From an uncultured Candidatus Saccharibacteria bacterium (GTDB lineage Bacteria; Patescibacteriota; Minisyncoccia; Phycocordibacterales; Zambryskibacteraceae), in the NCBI GenBank assembly GCA_964494215.1, contig CAZBQU010000002.1, forward strand, positions 1 through 26,106: a stretch of 26,106 nt of DNA, in the 5' to 3' direction. Position numbers and translations under genes: made by a program. Shown here piece by piece: positions 1 to 8,135 of the stretch (within the stretch, counting starts at the first letter, position 1; every line of letters starts with the position of its first letter). The notes beneath the pieces were generated by a model. The model was not told the DNA's origin. It saw only the letters and a program-made list of their open reading frames with translations, and searched no databases.

Positions 1-3000
1 TGGCACGGATACCTCCATTCACATCGAGTTTATTTGCAGGATTGGTCGTACCGATACCAACATTGCCAGAAGAAATGACGTTGAATGCGTTGCCACCAAT
101 CGAAGCGAGTGAGGAGAAGAGATTAGTGGAGGAAGCGGTGGTTGAGAACATGGCTGTCGTCGTCGCATTGGTGGTTGTGGAATTACCGCTTACCGTCAGG
201 TTCCCTGTTATGGATGTGTTCTTATTGAGCTGAACGCCGGTCGTATTGGTACCACCAATTTCTACAACATCGCTCGCATTTCCTTTAATGAGGCCGAGGG
301 TGTTGTTACCTGCGGCATTGAGAGCGGCATAGTATTTGTTATTTGATAAACCAATTTCTCCAGAGTTAAAGGCCGTGTATGAGCCGTTACCGATAGTGAA
401 GATACCCGTAGACGAAGTAATACCTACTCGAGCGCTGGCGGCATTAAATATTGTGGTTGTAGGCTCAATGATAAGTTGATCCGATGAGTTGAAATTGAAA
501 AGAGCCTGATCCGCACCGTTAGCTGCGTTCCTGGCATACACTGACTGGTTATTCGGCAGGCGCAAGACGCCAGTGGATGCAGGATTGGTACCGAGAGAAA
601 GCGATGTGCCAACATAGACCGAGCGAGGTCGCGTAGCGCTCGAAGCACCGATGTCTTGAGTATTGTCGGTAGCGAAGGTTAAGTTCCCGGTATTCGAAAT
701 ATCAATAAGAGCGGTGGAGTTGTCGGCACTTCTGAAGTGCAAGCCGCTTGTGCCACCGTAGAGGTATGTGTTTGTTGCATCACCCTGTACGAAATTGTGG
801 CTACTAATCTGATGAATTGTCCCACCCACAAATGAGACTTGGCCGTTTACATTAAACAGAGTTTGATTTACTCCGAGGGTAGTTGCGGCGGAAGTGATTG
901 TGGCCCCACTAAGCAGTGACCAGTTACCAGTATCACTGATCGTCATCAATGCAGAGGCATTGTCTGATTTCCTGAATTGAATTCCGCTCGTACCGCCGTA
1001 GAGGTAAGTTGTAGCAGCATCTCCTTGGACGAAATTGTGTCCTGAAAGTTGATGGATTTGGTTAGTGCCAGAAAGATTTAATACTCCTGAAATTGTTGCC
1101 GCTGGGGTTACTACGCTTGTGCCGAAGTACCCAGTGCGTGGTCGAGTGGCACCGGAGGCGCCGATGTCGTAGGCGTTGTCGGTGCCGGCGATGATATTGC
1201 CGCGGAAGGTCGTGACGCCAGCAACATCAAGCAGAGTGGCGGGGTTGTTGGTACCAATACCGACATTGCCGCCATTTTTAATTATCATTTTGACTCCCGT
1301 ACTATCCCATCCAGAAACAGTAGTTCCCGCCGGACCGCTCAATCCGGTGTGGAAGACAACGTCGCCAGAATATATTCTCATCGCTGCCGCCTCTGATGAC
1401 GTGATGTATTTCCAGCTCCCATCGTAGTGGACGTTGTTACCGTAGAGTGCCTGGGTGCCTACTACGTTTTGCATCGCGACAGTATTGCCGATCTGAAGAG
1501 TCTTCGAGGAACCATCGGCCGCAGCGGGGTTGGTGGTCCCAATGCCAACATTGCCAGTGGTGGCCGCAAGGATCGTCTGTCCGCCCGCATACAAACTTGT
1601 GGTTGTCGCATTTGTAGACGTGCTATTGGTAGAAACAATATTCGTGAGTGTCAGACGGGAAAGAGTGTTATCCCAAAGGAGTGAAGCTGAGTCAGCCAAG
1701 AGACCGCCGGTTGAGACGAATGGCAAGCGTCCGTTTGTAAGCGAGGAGATGGTGGCAGAGCCGAGAGCGGCATTAGTGGAGAAGAGGTTCGTCGAGGAGG
1801 CCGTTGTTGAGAAGAAGCTTGTGGTAGTCGCGGAGGTGCCGGTAGCGCGAGTGAAGAGAAGATCAGTGAGCGTTTGTGATGCGCTCGTGAGGTTAGTGAA
1901 ATTGCCGTTCGTAGAAAAGAAGTTCGTTGTCGTCGCATTGGTCGTCGTCGAGTTACCGAAGATGGCCGAGCCCAAGTTGGCATTCGTGGAGAAGAGGTTC
2001 GTTGAAGAGGCCGTGGTTGAGAAGAGAGAGGTGGTGGTGGCGTTGGTACCAGTCGCGTTCACGAAGGTGAAGTTCTGGAGTGTTGAGGAGCCGGTCACCA
2101 GAAGGTTACCGAGCGAGCCTGTGCCGGTCGAGGTGATGTTCCCTGAACCGGTGTTAATCGTATTGTTGTTTGTAAGAATACCGTTCGTCCACGTGCCCGC
2201 GATCTCGAAGCCCGTCGTTCCGGTGCCTGTGTTGTTGAGATAAATACCACGCTCAGTACTGCCTGTGCCCGTATTTGTAAGCAAGAGAAGGTTCTGGGTA
2301 CCAGAGGTCGTGTTGTTGGTAAGCGCTCCTGAGTAGAGATTCACATTCACGCCGATCGAAGCATCATCAACCGTGTATGTTGAGTTGAACGGATAGTTCA
2401 CCGAGAGATAGCGTGCATCACCCGCTCCCGCATTCCACTGGAAGAGGGCGTTACCGGAACCAGAGTTTCTCTGGAAGACGAGCGCCTTGTACGCATCACT
2501 CGCCTCTGTCGAGCCGACTGTCCAGGTGTTGTTGGACGTAGCACCACTCACAACCGTACCGGAAAGGTTGTTGGCCGTGAGAGTGTCAACGTAGGCATTC
2601 TTCCAGTAATAGCTTGGAGAACCAAGTGAGTTGGCATTCGAAGCAGCTGAGGTGGTAGGACGGAAGGCACCTGTAGAGTCAAAGACAACGGTGTTGTTGC
2701 CTCCCGGGTTAAGCGAGAGAAGTGTTTTCGACCCCGAACCGATACCCGCGCCCGTGACGTTAATCTCAAGAGCGCTATAACCACCACCCGCCGTCGTTGC
2801 ATCGACAAGATCGATTGCTTGCCCCTTCGAAACCTGACCGTTCCCCGCGTTCGCCGTGAGAGACTGGTGGATAAGCGTGCCGTTTCCTATCGCGCTGTCA
2901 TACACCGAGAAGACGTCCCCCGTCGTCACGCTCGAAAGGATGTTGAACGTACCGTCATTCTGCTGGTAATCGTTGACGTAGAGCTCATCGAAGGTGCCTT

Positions 3001-4357
3001 TCGTTGAGAAGAAGTTTGTTGTCGTGGCAGCCGTGCCCGTAGCCTGAGCGAAGGTGAAATTTTGCAACACTGCTGCGCCGTTCAAGAGAAGGTCCGCAAA
3101 GGTGGCCGAGCTGGCCGAGAGCGCGCCGAAGGTGGCGTTGGTTGAGAAGAGGTTTGTACTCGAAGCCGTTGTCGCAAAGGAGTTGGTACTCGTCGCATTG
3201 GTACCAGTGGCATTCGTAAAGAGGAGGTTTGAGAGATCGACGCTTCCACCCGTAAGTGAACCGAAGGTGGCGTTGGTTGAGAAGAAGTTTGTTGTCGTCG
3301 CATTCGTACCCGTTGCCGAACCGAACCCTAGACTTTCGAATCCACCGACGGGACCAATGACCGTGGCGTTGGTCATGAGTGAGTTGCGGAAAATGCCTTT
3401 TTCGGTCAACGCATAAATTGCCTGACCCAGGTTATCTGCATCGGAATCCGACTGGCGAGTCACTGTAGGGCGCGTGTCGGACGTAAGGATCTCATTGCGC
3501 AAAACCGAATTGTTGAAGGTGTTGTAAACCACTCTTGGCTCAGCAATCGCCGAAATCTGCGTGCGGACATACGCCTCAAGCTCAGCCTGCAACTGGCTCT
3601 TGCTCTCGGTAACCGGAGCCTCCGTTCTTGCGACCGTAACCGCCTGAGTGACGCCTACGCTCTTTGGCTCCGCAGGAGCGGTGACAAAGGCAACGCGATT
3701 ACTTGATGTTGTAACTATTTCCTCTGGCGCATCAGTACCGAAGGCAATATTGCGCAAGCTCTTGAATCCATCAACAAAGAATTCTACCGAGCCAGCGAGC
3801 GCATCAAAGAACGACGCCGCGGCCACTTGTGCGCCTGATGCATTTCCTAAGAGCTCAGTGCCAAAAGAAGAAACGAGTCCGATCTTCTCTTCTACATTTT
3901 TTGCGAGCGAGGGCGCTACTTTGTCTACCGTGAGAAAGGATGATCCCACCGCCACGATAAGGGCAAGCGTACCAACAACGGCTCTCAAGACCGTGCGCTC
4001 TGCAAAGCGAGACGCTGGCAAAGCAATCGGCTTCACAAGTTCAGGGATGCGAGGTGCATAATCCGCCTCATAGGCCACGGCCAGATTCTGGAATGTTTTA
4101 ACCGGGGCAGCTTCTCGCGCCTTCGTTGCGACAGGAGCCTCAGGACGAGGCAAAGATTTAACTTTTGCTAGTTCCTGATTTTTCTTGTGTTCGAGGAGCG
4201 AAGCATAGTCCACGTACCAGGTTCGACCAACGAGTTTCCCTGAGATCTTATTTGCGCGACAAAGTTGTCCGAGATAGTCCGAGGTATAGCCAATTTTCTT
4301 GGCAGCTCGGCTAGCCGAGATGTACTCCCTTCCTTCAGAAAATAAGTCAAAATCCAT
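1..4357 (-). CDS. Giant membrane-anchored surface/fibre-like protein with N-terminal HTH (partial, C-terminus runs off the left edge; at least 1452 aa)
   Basis: Hand translation from ATG at 4357 (alternative in-frame ATG at 4363) gives MDFDLFSEGREYISASRAAKKIGYTSDYLGQLCRANKISGKLVGRTWYVDYASLLEH (HTH_17/excisionase-like). A hydrophobic segment VLRAVVGTLALIVAVGSSFLTV follows (3926-3991), then Asn/Thr/Ser/Gly-rich repeats (NATTTNFFST, GNVGIGTTNP). The frame stayed open and consistent at every checkpoint to position 2. It is absent from the ORF track, presumably because no stop lies inside the window. Confidence 0.9.
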   Translation of the reverse strand, partial: MDFDLFSEGREYISASRAAKKIGYTSDYLGQLCRANKISGKLVGRTWYVDYASLLEHKKNQELAKVKSLPRPEAPVATKAREAAPVKTFQNLAVAYEADYAPRIPELVKPIALPASRFAERTVLRAVVGTLALIVAVGSSFLTVDKVAPSLAKNVEEKIGLVSSFGTELLGNASGAQVAAASFFDALAGSVEFFVDGFKSLRNIAFGTDAPEEIVTTSSNRVAFVTAPAEPKSVGVTQAVTVARTEAPVTESKSQLQAELEAYVRTQISAIAEPRVVYNTFNNSVLRNEILTSDTRPTVTRQSDSDADNLGQAIYALTEKGIFRNSLMTNATVIGPVGGFESLGFGSATGTNATTTNFFSTNATFGSLTGGSVDLSNLLFTNATGTNATSTNSFATTASSTNLFSTNATFGALSASSATFADLLLNGAAVLQNFTFAQATGTAATTTNFFSTKGTFDELYVNDYQQNDGTFNILSSVTTGDVFSVYDSAIGNGTLIHQSLTANAGNGQVSKGQAIDLVDATTAGGGYSALEINVTGAGIGSGSKTLLSLNPGGNNTVVFDSTGAFRPTTSAASNANSLGSPSYYWKNAYVDTLTANNLSGTVVSGATSNNTWTVGSTEASDAYKALVFQRNSGSGNALFQWNAGAGDARYLSVNYPFNSTYTVDDASIGVNVNLYSGALTNNTTSGTQNLLLLTNTGTGSTERGIYLNNTGTGTTGFEIAGTWTNGILTNNNTINTGSGNITSTGTGSLGNLLVTGSSTLQNFTFVNATGTNATTTSLFSTTASSTNLFSTNANLGSAIFGNSTTTNATTTNFFSTNGNFTNLTSASQTLTDLLFTRATGTSATTTSFFSTTASSTNLFSTNAALGSATISSLTNGRLPFVSTGGLLADSASLLWDNTLSRLTLTNIVSTNSTSTNATTTSLYAGGQTILAATTGNVGIGTTNPAAADGSSKTLQIGNTVAMQNVVGTQALYGNNVHYDGSWKYITSSEAAAMRIYSGDVVFHTGLSGPAGTTVSGWDSTGVKMIIKNGGNVGIGTNNPATLLDVAGVTTFRGNIIAGTDNAYDIGASGATRPRTGYFGTSVVTPAATISGVLNLSGTNQIHQLSGHNFVQGDAATTYLYGGTSGIQFRKSDNASALMTISDTGNWSLLSGATITSAATTLGVNQTLFNVNGQVSFVGGTIHQISSHNFVQGDATNTYLYGGTSGLHFRSADNSTALIDISNTGNLTFATDNTQDIGASSATRPRSVYVGTSLSLGTNPASTGVLRLPNNQSVYARNAANGADQALFNFNSSDQLIIEPTTTIFNAASARVGITSSTGIFTIGNGSYTAFNSGEIGLSNNKYYAALNAAGNNTLGLIKGNASDVVEIGGTNTTGVQLNKNTSITGNLTVSGNSTTTNATTTAMFSTTASSTNLFSSLASIGGNAFNVISSGNVGIGTTNPANKLDVNGGIRA
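602..1183 (-). repeat. Duplicated 23-aa module TDNxxDIGASxATRPRxxYxGTS (1115-1183 and 602-670)
   Basis: Read directly from the translation. Confidence 0.85.
683..1057 (-). repeat. Duplicated 45-aa module IHQxSxHNFVQGDAxxTYLYGGTSGxxFRxxDNxxALxxISxTGN (923-1057 and 683-817)
   Basis: Two 135-nt copies offset by 240 nt, with many synonymous differences. Confidence 0.9.
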
Positions 4358-4366
4358 GTACATAAA

Positions 4367-4372
4367 ATTATA
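4367..4372 (-). promoter_or_regulatory. -10 box TATAAT, 9 nt upstream of the giant gene ATG
   Basis: The minus strand reads TATAAT-tttatgtac-ATG; no SD motif. Confidence 0.55.
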
Positions 4373-4546
4373 ATTCTCAGCAAGTGAATAACATACGCAA
4401 AAAGGCCTATTTTCTGGGGACAATAAAATTTCATTTTAAGCTTCTGTAGCCTTATAAATTCACGTTTTAAATCCCCTTCATCCCTCTTTTGGGCTGTATG
4501 TTATTTTCCGAAATTATTTCCCTCTCAAAACTATCCCCACTAAACC

Positions 4547-4575
4547 TTGATAGATAATATAAATACTTATAAACT
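4547..4575 (+). promoter_or_regulatory. Candidate sigma70 promoter for the small HTH gene (TTGATA-17 nt-TAAACT)
   Basis: Consensus-like hexamers with 17-nt spacing in AT-rich intergenic DNA. Confidence 0.4.
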
Positions 4576-4627
4576 GTTCTATATAGGATTATTAATGTTT
4601 ATATAAGTTGATACACGTAATAGAGCC

Positions 4628-4873
4628 ATGAAAGAGTTATATTTTTCCATCAAAGAAGCGGCAGAAATTCTCGGTGTTTCGACTCTTACTCTGCGAAATT
4701 GGGACAAATCCGGCAAGTTTCCGGCACAGCGTCATCCCATGAATAATTACCGTGTCTATAGGCTCTCCTCTCTTGAGAAGATCGTTGAGGATATCGAAGG
4801 TGGTACCAACAAATCAAATGCGGAGAAACGCATGAAGAAACTCATCGTTCGACATGAAGAAGATGAGGGCTAG
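4628..4873 (+). CDS. Small MerR/excisionase-like HTH DNA-binding protein (81 aa)
   Basis: YFSIKEAAEILGVSTLTLRNWDKSGK...NNYRVY is a classic MerR/HTH_17 signature; there is no effector domain. Confidence 0.9.
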   Translation: MKELYFSIKEAAEILGVSTLTLRNWDKSGKFPAQRHPMNNYRVYRLSSLEKIVEDIEGGTNKSNAEKRMKKLIVRHEEDEG

Positions 4874-6222
4874 GCGAGCGCCTCTTTCATAAGCTCCTGA
4901 AGGAGAATCGGGTTGGCTCTGCCGCCCGATTTTTTCATCACCTGACCAACAAGGAACTGCACTGGAGAATCTTTTTTCTCTTCACTTAAAACGGCGGCAA
5001 TGAATCCGCGCAACACGTCCCTATCGCTTATCTGCATCAAATTATTTTTCTCTACAATCTCGTGCACATCTCCGCCTTCAGTCTGGAGTATCTTCAAAAT
5101 TTCTTTTGCACCGCGAGAAGAAATTTCTCCGCGAGCAATCATGCGAATCATTTCCACAAAAGCAGCGGGGGCGACAAGCGTCTGGATATCAGAAGCAATA
5201 TAGTTTGATGCAAGCTTCACGAGCGCAGGCTCCCCCAAGGCCCCTGCGACCTCTTCAAAGAAAGCCCCCCAGCTCGGCCGAGTGACATAGATCTCGACGT
5301 GCTCCGGAGTAATCCCGAAGGTCCCCAGACGCTCCCTCTTCTGCCATGGCAGCTCAGGAAGAGAGGCGACGAGCGCCTCGCGAGAGAACTCGGGGACTTC
5401 GGACACGAAGATCTTTGGAAGGTCCGGATCTGGGAAGTAACGATAATCATGGGAATCCTCTTTCGCGCGTTGCGAGAAGGTCTCTCCCCTCTCATCACTC
5501 CAGCCGCGCGTTTCCTGCGCGATCGTTTCTCCCTTTTCGAGAAGCGAGATGTGACGATTCATTTCGAAAGCAATTGCCTTCTCAACGGCCTTAAATGAGT
5601 TGAGGTTCTTCACTTCAACCTTGGTGCCCAAGGTCTCATTCTTCGAGACGGAGATGTTCGCTTCGACACGCATCTCCCCTTTCTCCATGTTGGCTTCGGC
5701 AATCCCAAGCGTTGTGAGGAGAAGCTGAAGCTCCTTGGCGAAGCGTGCTGCATCGGCAGCAGAATGGATGACAGGTTCAGTGACGAGCTCCATGAGTGGG
5801 ACGCCGGCACGGTTAAAATCGAGCAAACTCTCTTCGCCCTTGTCGTGGAGTGAGCGTGCAGTATCTTCTTCAAGATGAACGCGCGTGAGCTTCACTCCTG
5901 CCAATTCTCCACCGGTTACGAGCGGATATTTATACTGGGAAAGCTGGTAACTTTTCGGAATATCAGGATAAAAATAGTTCTTGCGGTCGAACTCAGTGTA
6001 GTCGGCCAAGACACCGCCAACCGCCGCACCGAAGCGCAGCACTCCCTTAACAGCTTCTTTGTTAATTACTGGGAGAGTGCCTGGGTGGCCCATACACACG
6101 GGACAAATGTTTACGTTAGGACGAGTTTCGTCGGGGTCGTTCAAAGAGGCGCAGAACATCTTCGTGCGCGTATTAAGCTCTGCATGCACCTCCAAGCCGA
6201 CCGTCAGCCTATACTCGCTCAT
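4870..6222 (-). CDS. gatB: Asp-tRNA(Asn)/Glu-tRNA(Gln) amidotransferase subunit B
   Basis: Motifs VGLEVHAEL, FDRKNYFYPD, HLEEDT, DFNRAGVPLMELVTEP, DYRYFPDPDL. Start moved to ATG 6222 (MSEYRL), downstream of TGCTATAAT. Confidence 0.97.
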   Translation of the reverse strand: MSEYRLTVGLEVHAELNTRTKMFCASLNDPDETRPNVNICPVCMGHPGTLPVINKEAVKGVLRFGAAVGGVLADYTEFDRKNYFYPDIPKSYQLSQYKYPLVTGGELAGVKLTRVHLEEDTARSLHDKGEESLLDFNRAGVPLMELVTEPVIHSAADAARFAKELQLLLTTLGIAEANMEKGEMRVEANISVSKNETLGTKVEVKNLNSFKAVEKAIAFEMNRHISLLEKGETIAQETRGWSDERGETFSQRAKEDSHDYRYFPDPDLPKIFVSEVPEFSREALVASLPELPWQKRERLGTFGITPEHVEIYVTRPSWGAFFEEVAGALGEPALVKLASNYIASDIQTLVAPAAFVEMIRMIARGEISSRGAKEILKILQTEGGDVHEIVEKNNLMQISDRDVLRGFIAAVLSEEKKDSPVQFLVGQVMKKSGGRANPILLQELMKEALA

Positions 6223-6231
6223 ATAAGCCAT

Positions 6232-6240
6232 ATTATAGCA
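6232..6240 (-). promoter_or_regulatory. Extended -10 (TGCTATAAT), 9 nt upstream of the gatB ATG
   Basis: Perfect TGn-TATAAT. Confidence 0.65.
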
Positions 6241-6271
6241 TTTCTTCCTTACTTCATCCTCCAAGCCCCTT

Positions 6272-7234
6272 CTACGCGAAGCGCTGCGTCAAATATTCTC
6301 CCAAGCGGGCAATGAGGGCGTCATCAACGATCGAAAAGGCAATAACTTCCGGCGATAGCGCCTTGAGGGCAGCGAGCTTCTCCGCTACTTCTTCTTTCGT
6401 CAGAGTATCGGCTTTGGTGAGCACGATAATCTCAGGCTTCTTCGTAATTTCTTTATTATATAACTCGAGCTCCTTGCGAACGATGGCGTAGACGGCAGCT
6501 GGGTCCTCGCTCTCGGCCGAAATGCAGTGGAGAAGCGCCTTCGTGCGTTCAATATGCCTCAAAAATTTATGCCCCAAGCCCTTACCGGCCGCTGCGCCCT
6601 CAATAAGACCTGGGATGTCGGCCAAGATAAGACCATAGAGACTGCCTAGGTTCGGTTCAAGCGTCGTGAAGGGGAAATCCCCCACTTTTGCCCGAGCATT
6701 GGTCACAGCATTCACGAGACTCGACTTGCCGGCATTAGGGAGGCCAATGACACCGATATCCACAAGCAGGAGGAGCTCGATGAGGAAATCTGCCTCCTCT
6801 CCATCAACTCCGTCAGTTGCCTTGCTTGGGGCTACGTTGAGCGAAGATTTGAAGTGGTCATTCCCCAACCCGCCACGACCGCCCTTAAGGAGAAGGACTC
6901 TCTCCCCGTCTTCCAAAATTTCTAACGCGTGCCCCGTCTCCAAGTTCTTCACTCGGGAACCAACAGGCAGCTTGATCTCAATATCCTTCCCCTCCCCACC
7001 TTGTTTCAAGTCTTTATAGCCATCCTCACCACGCTCTGCTTCAAAGATTTTAGTATGACGATACGCGGCCAAAATACCGATGTCACGCACGCCAACAGCA
7101 TAGACGTCGCCGCCCTTGCCGCCGTTGCCGCCCGAGGGGCCGCCCATATCCTTGCCCTTTTCCCGACGCCAACGGACAACGCCGTTGCCGCCGCGACCAG
7201 CCTTGAAGTGGAGTGTGAGTTCGTCGATAAACAT
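6272..7234 (-). CDS. obgE: GTPase Obg/CgtA (short form, 320 aa)
   Basis: Gly-rich Obg fold (AGRGGNG, GPSGGNGGKGG), GLPNAGKS, FTTLEP, DIPG, TKAD. Confidence 0.97.
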   Translation of the reverse strand: MFIDELTLHFKAGRGGNGVVRWRREKGKDMGGPSGGNGGKGGDVYAVGVRDIGILAAYRHTKIFEAERGEDGYKDLKQGGEGKDIEIKLPVGSRVKNLETGHALEILEDGERVLLLKGGRGGLGNDHFKSSLNVAPSKATDGVDGEEADFLIELLLLVDIGVIGLPNAGKSSLVNAVTNARAKVGDFPFTTLEPNLGSLYGLILADIPGLIEGAAAGKGLGHKFLRHIERTKALLHCISAESEDPAAVYAIVRKELELYNKEITKKPEIIVLTKADTLTKEEVAEKLAALKALSPEVIAFSIVDDALIARLGEYLTQRFA

Positions 7235-7240
7235 AGCCCT

Positions 7241-7249
7241 ACCTTAGCA
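7241..7249 (-). promoter_or_regulatory. Extended -10 (TGCTAAGGT), 6 nt upstream of the obgE ATG (leaderless geometry)
   Basis: TGn-TAnnnT followed by agggct-ATG. Confidence 0.5.
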
Positions 7250-7262
7250 TTAAAAGCCTTTT

Positions 7263-8135
7263 TTACGAATTCAGCGCGAGTTCCGCGAGTTTAACGGCAC
7301 CTTCCTTGCTCTCTGCGACGCATAGGAAGCGGCCACGATGGCAGAACACCGCATCTTCCACACCAGTCACCTCTTTCAACGAATTCCCGTCCAAAGCAGA
7401 CCAGGATTCGGGGAAAAGCTTTTTACGCTCGAAGCCTTTGATAGTCTGAGGTACGCCCTTGGCTCCCCAATTCCCTTCTCGTCTTTTATACACTACATAG
7501 ATCGGTTCCGGCTTCCCCACCAGCACAGGCTCCCAAGGCAAACTATCCTCAAGGACGATGATCTGTTTATTCGGCGCAGATTCAAAAATAACCTCGACTT
7601 TCTTCATACCCTCTACTCGTTCTCGCACCTTGCCTATTTCTCGAATGAGAAGTTCCCGAGCGATATTTACCAAGTTCATGAAAATCTTATATAACTCCTC
7701 ATCATCGTGAGTTTCGTTTTTCAAATAAGAATACAGGAAGTCGCTTATCGTATACGGACGAACATTTTCAAAGACCTGCTCGTAAACGGAAATTCCGTTA
7801 TCCGGCGCATCGATCGACATGACCAATTTTTCATCGAGAAGATCCGCTGCTTCTTTATTGCCAGCCAACTCTACCCCGTACTCTTTCCACACGAGGCCAA
7901 ACGAGGCATACGGAATACCGTTAGGTCTCGTGCCTGCCCCTCCTGCCTGGTGATGATCAAACTGTTTACGATCTGGGTCATGCACGAGGCCAACATCAAC
8001 TACGATATCCGCGCCTGCAATCAGGTTCTTATCTCGACTCCGAATCACCTCCGCCTCAGGATATTTAAGAAGAAGCGTTGCTACGGCAAAGATATCATCG
8101 GTATGGAAACTGCCGCTATGCGTGACGATGTTCAT
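7263..8135 (-). CDS. MYG1 family (UPF0160) DHH-type hydrolase/exonuclease
   Basis: IVTHSGSFHTDD, DVG, FDHHQ, YASFGLVWK, AVFCHRGRF. Start moved to ATG 8135. Confidence 0.9.
   Translation of the reverse strand: MNIVTHSGSFHTDDIFAVATLLLKYPEAEVIRSRDKNLIAGADIVVDVGLVHDPDRKQFDHHQAGGAGTRPNGIPYASFGLVWKEYGVELAGNKEAADLLDEKLVMSIDAPDNGISVYEQVFENVRPYTISDFLYSYLKNETHDDEELYKIFMNLVNIARELLIREIGKVRERVEGMKKVEVIFESAPNKQIIVLEDSLPWEPVLVGKPEPIYVVYKRREGNWGAKGVPQTIKGFERKKLFPESWSALDGNSLKEVTGVEDAVFCHRGRFLCVAESKEGAVKLAELALNS

Larger units (their letters stand above)
38..1555 (-). repeat. Three GNVGIGT(T/N)NP motifs in the giant protein (38-67, 1241-1270, 1526-1555)
   Basis: Read directly from the translation; the motif is typical of tail-fibre-like trimeric beta proteins. 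Confidence 0.85.
85..3320 (-). repeat. About eight dispersed NATxTNATTTxxFSTTASSTNLFS-type repeats (clusters at ~3000-3320, ~1590-2060, ~85-180)
   Basis: Read directly from the translation; their antisense strand generates the VVVALV/EKKFVV shadow ORFs in the track. Confidence 0.85.

Noticed and set aside
683-1057. 135-nt repeat pair as a DGR template/variable repeat
   Set aside because: Differences are mostly synonymous and not adenine-specific, both copies are in-frame coding, and no reverse transcriptase is present in the window.
42-4061. Plus-strand ORFs 42-233, 1176-1427, 1427-1684, 1530-2243, 2819-3007, 3054-3416, 3648-4061 (Val-rich VVVALV/EKKFVV repeats)
   Set aside because: Antisense shadows of the Thr/Asn repeats of the giant minus-strand gene; no independent motifs or start signals.
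1-4357. Prophage tail-fibre gene
   Set aside because: No capsid, terminase, integrase or other phage genes nearby; it has a TM anchor and is flanked by housekeeping genes.
4168-4434. 88-aa minus-strand ORF in the track
   Set aside because: It overlaps the HTH of the giant gene in another frame and runs through its promoter; no recognisable motif.
4547-4577. Classical MerR promoter with 19-bp spacer and internal dyad
   Set aside because: The best -35/-10 pair has 17-nt spacing and there is no clear dyad inside the spacer.
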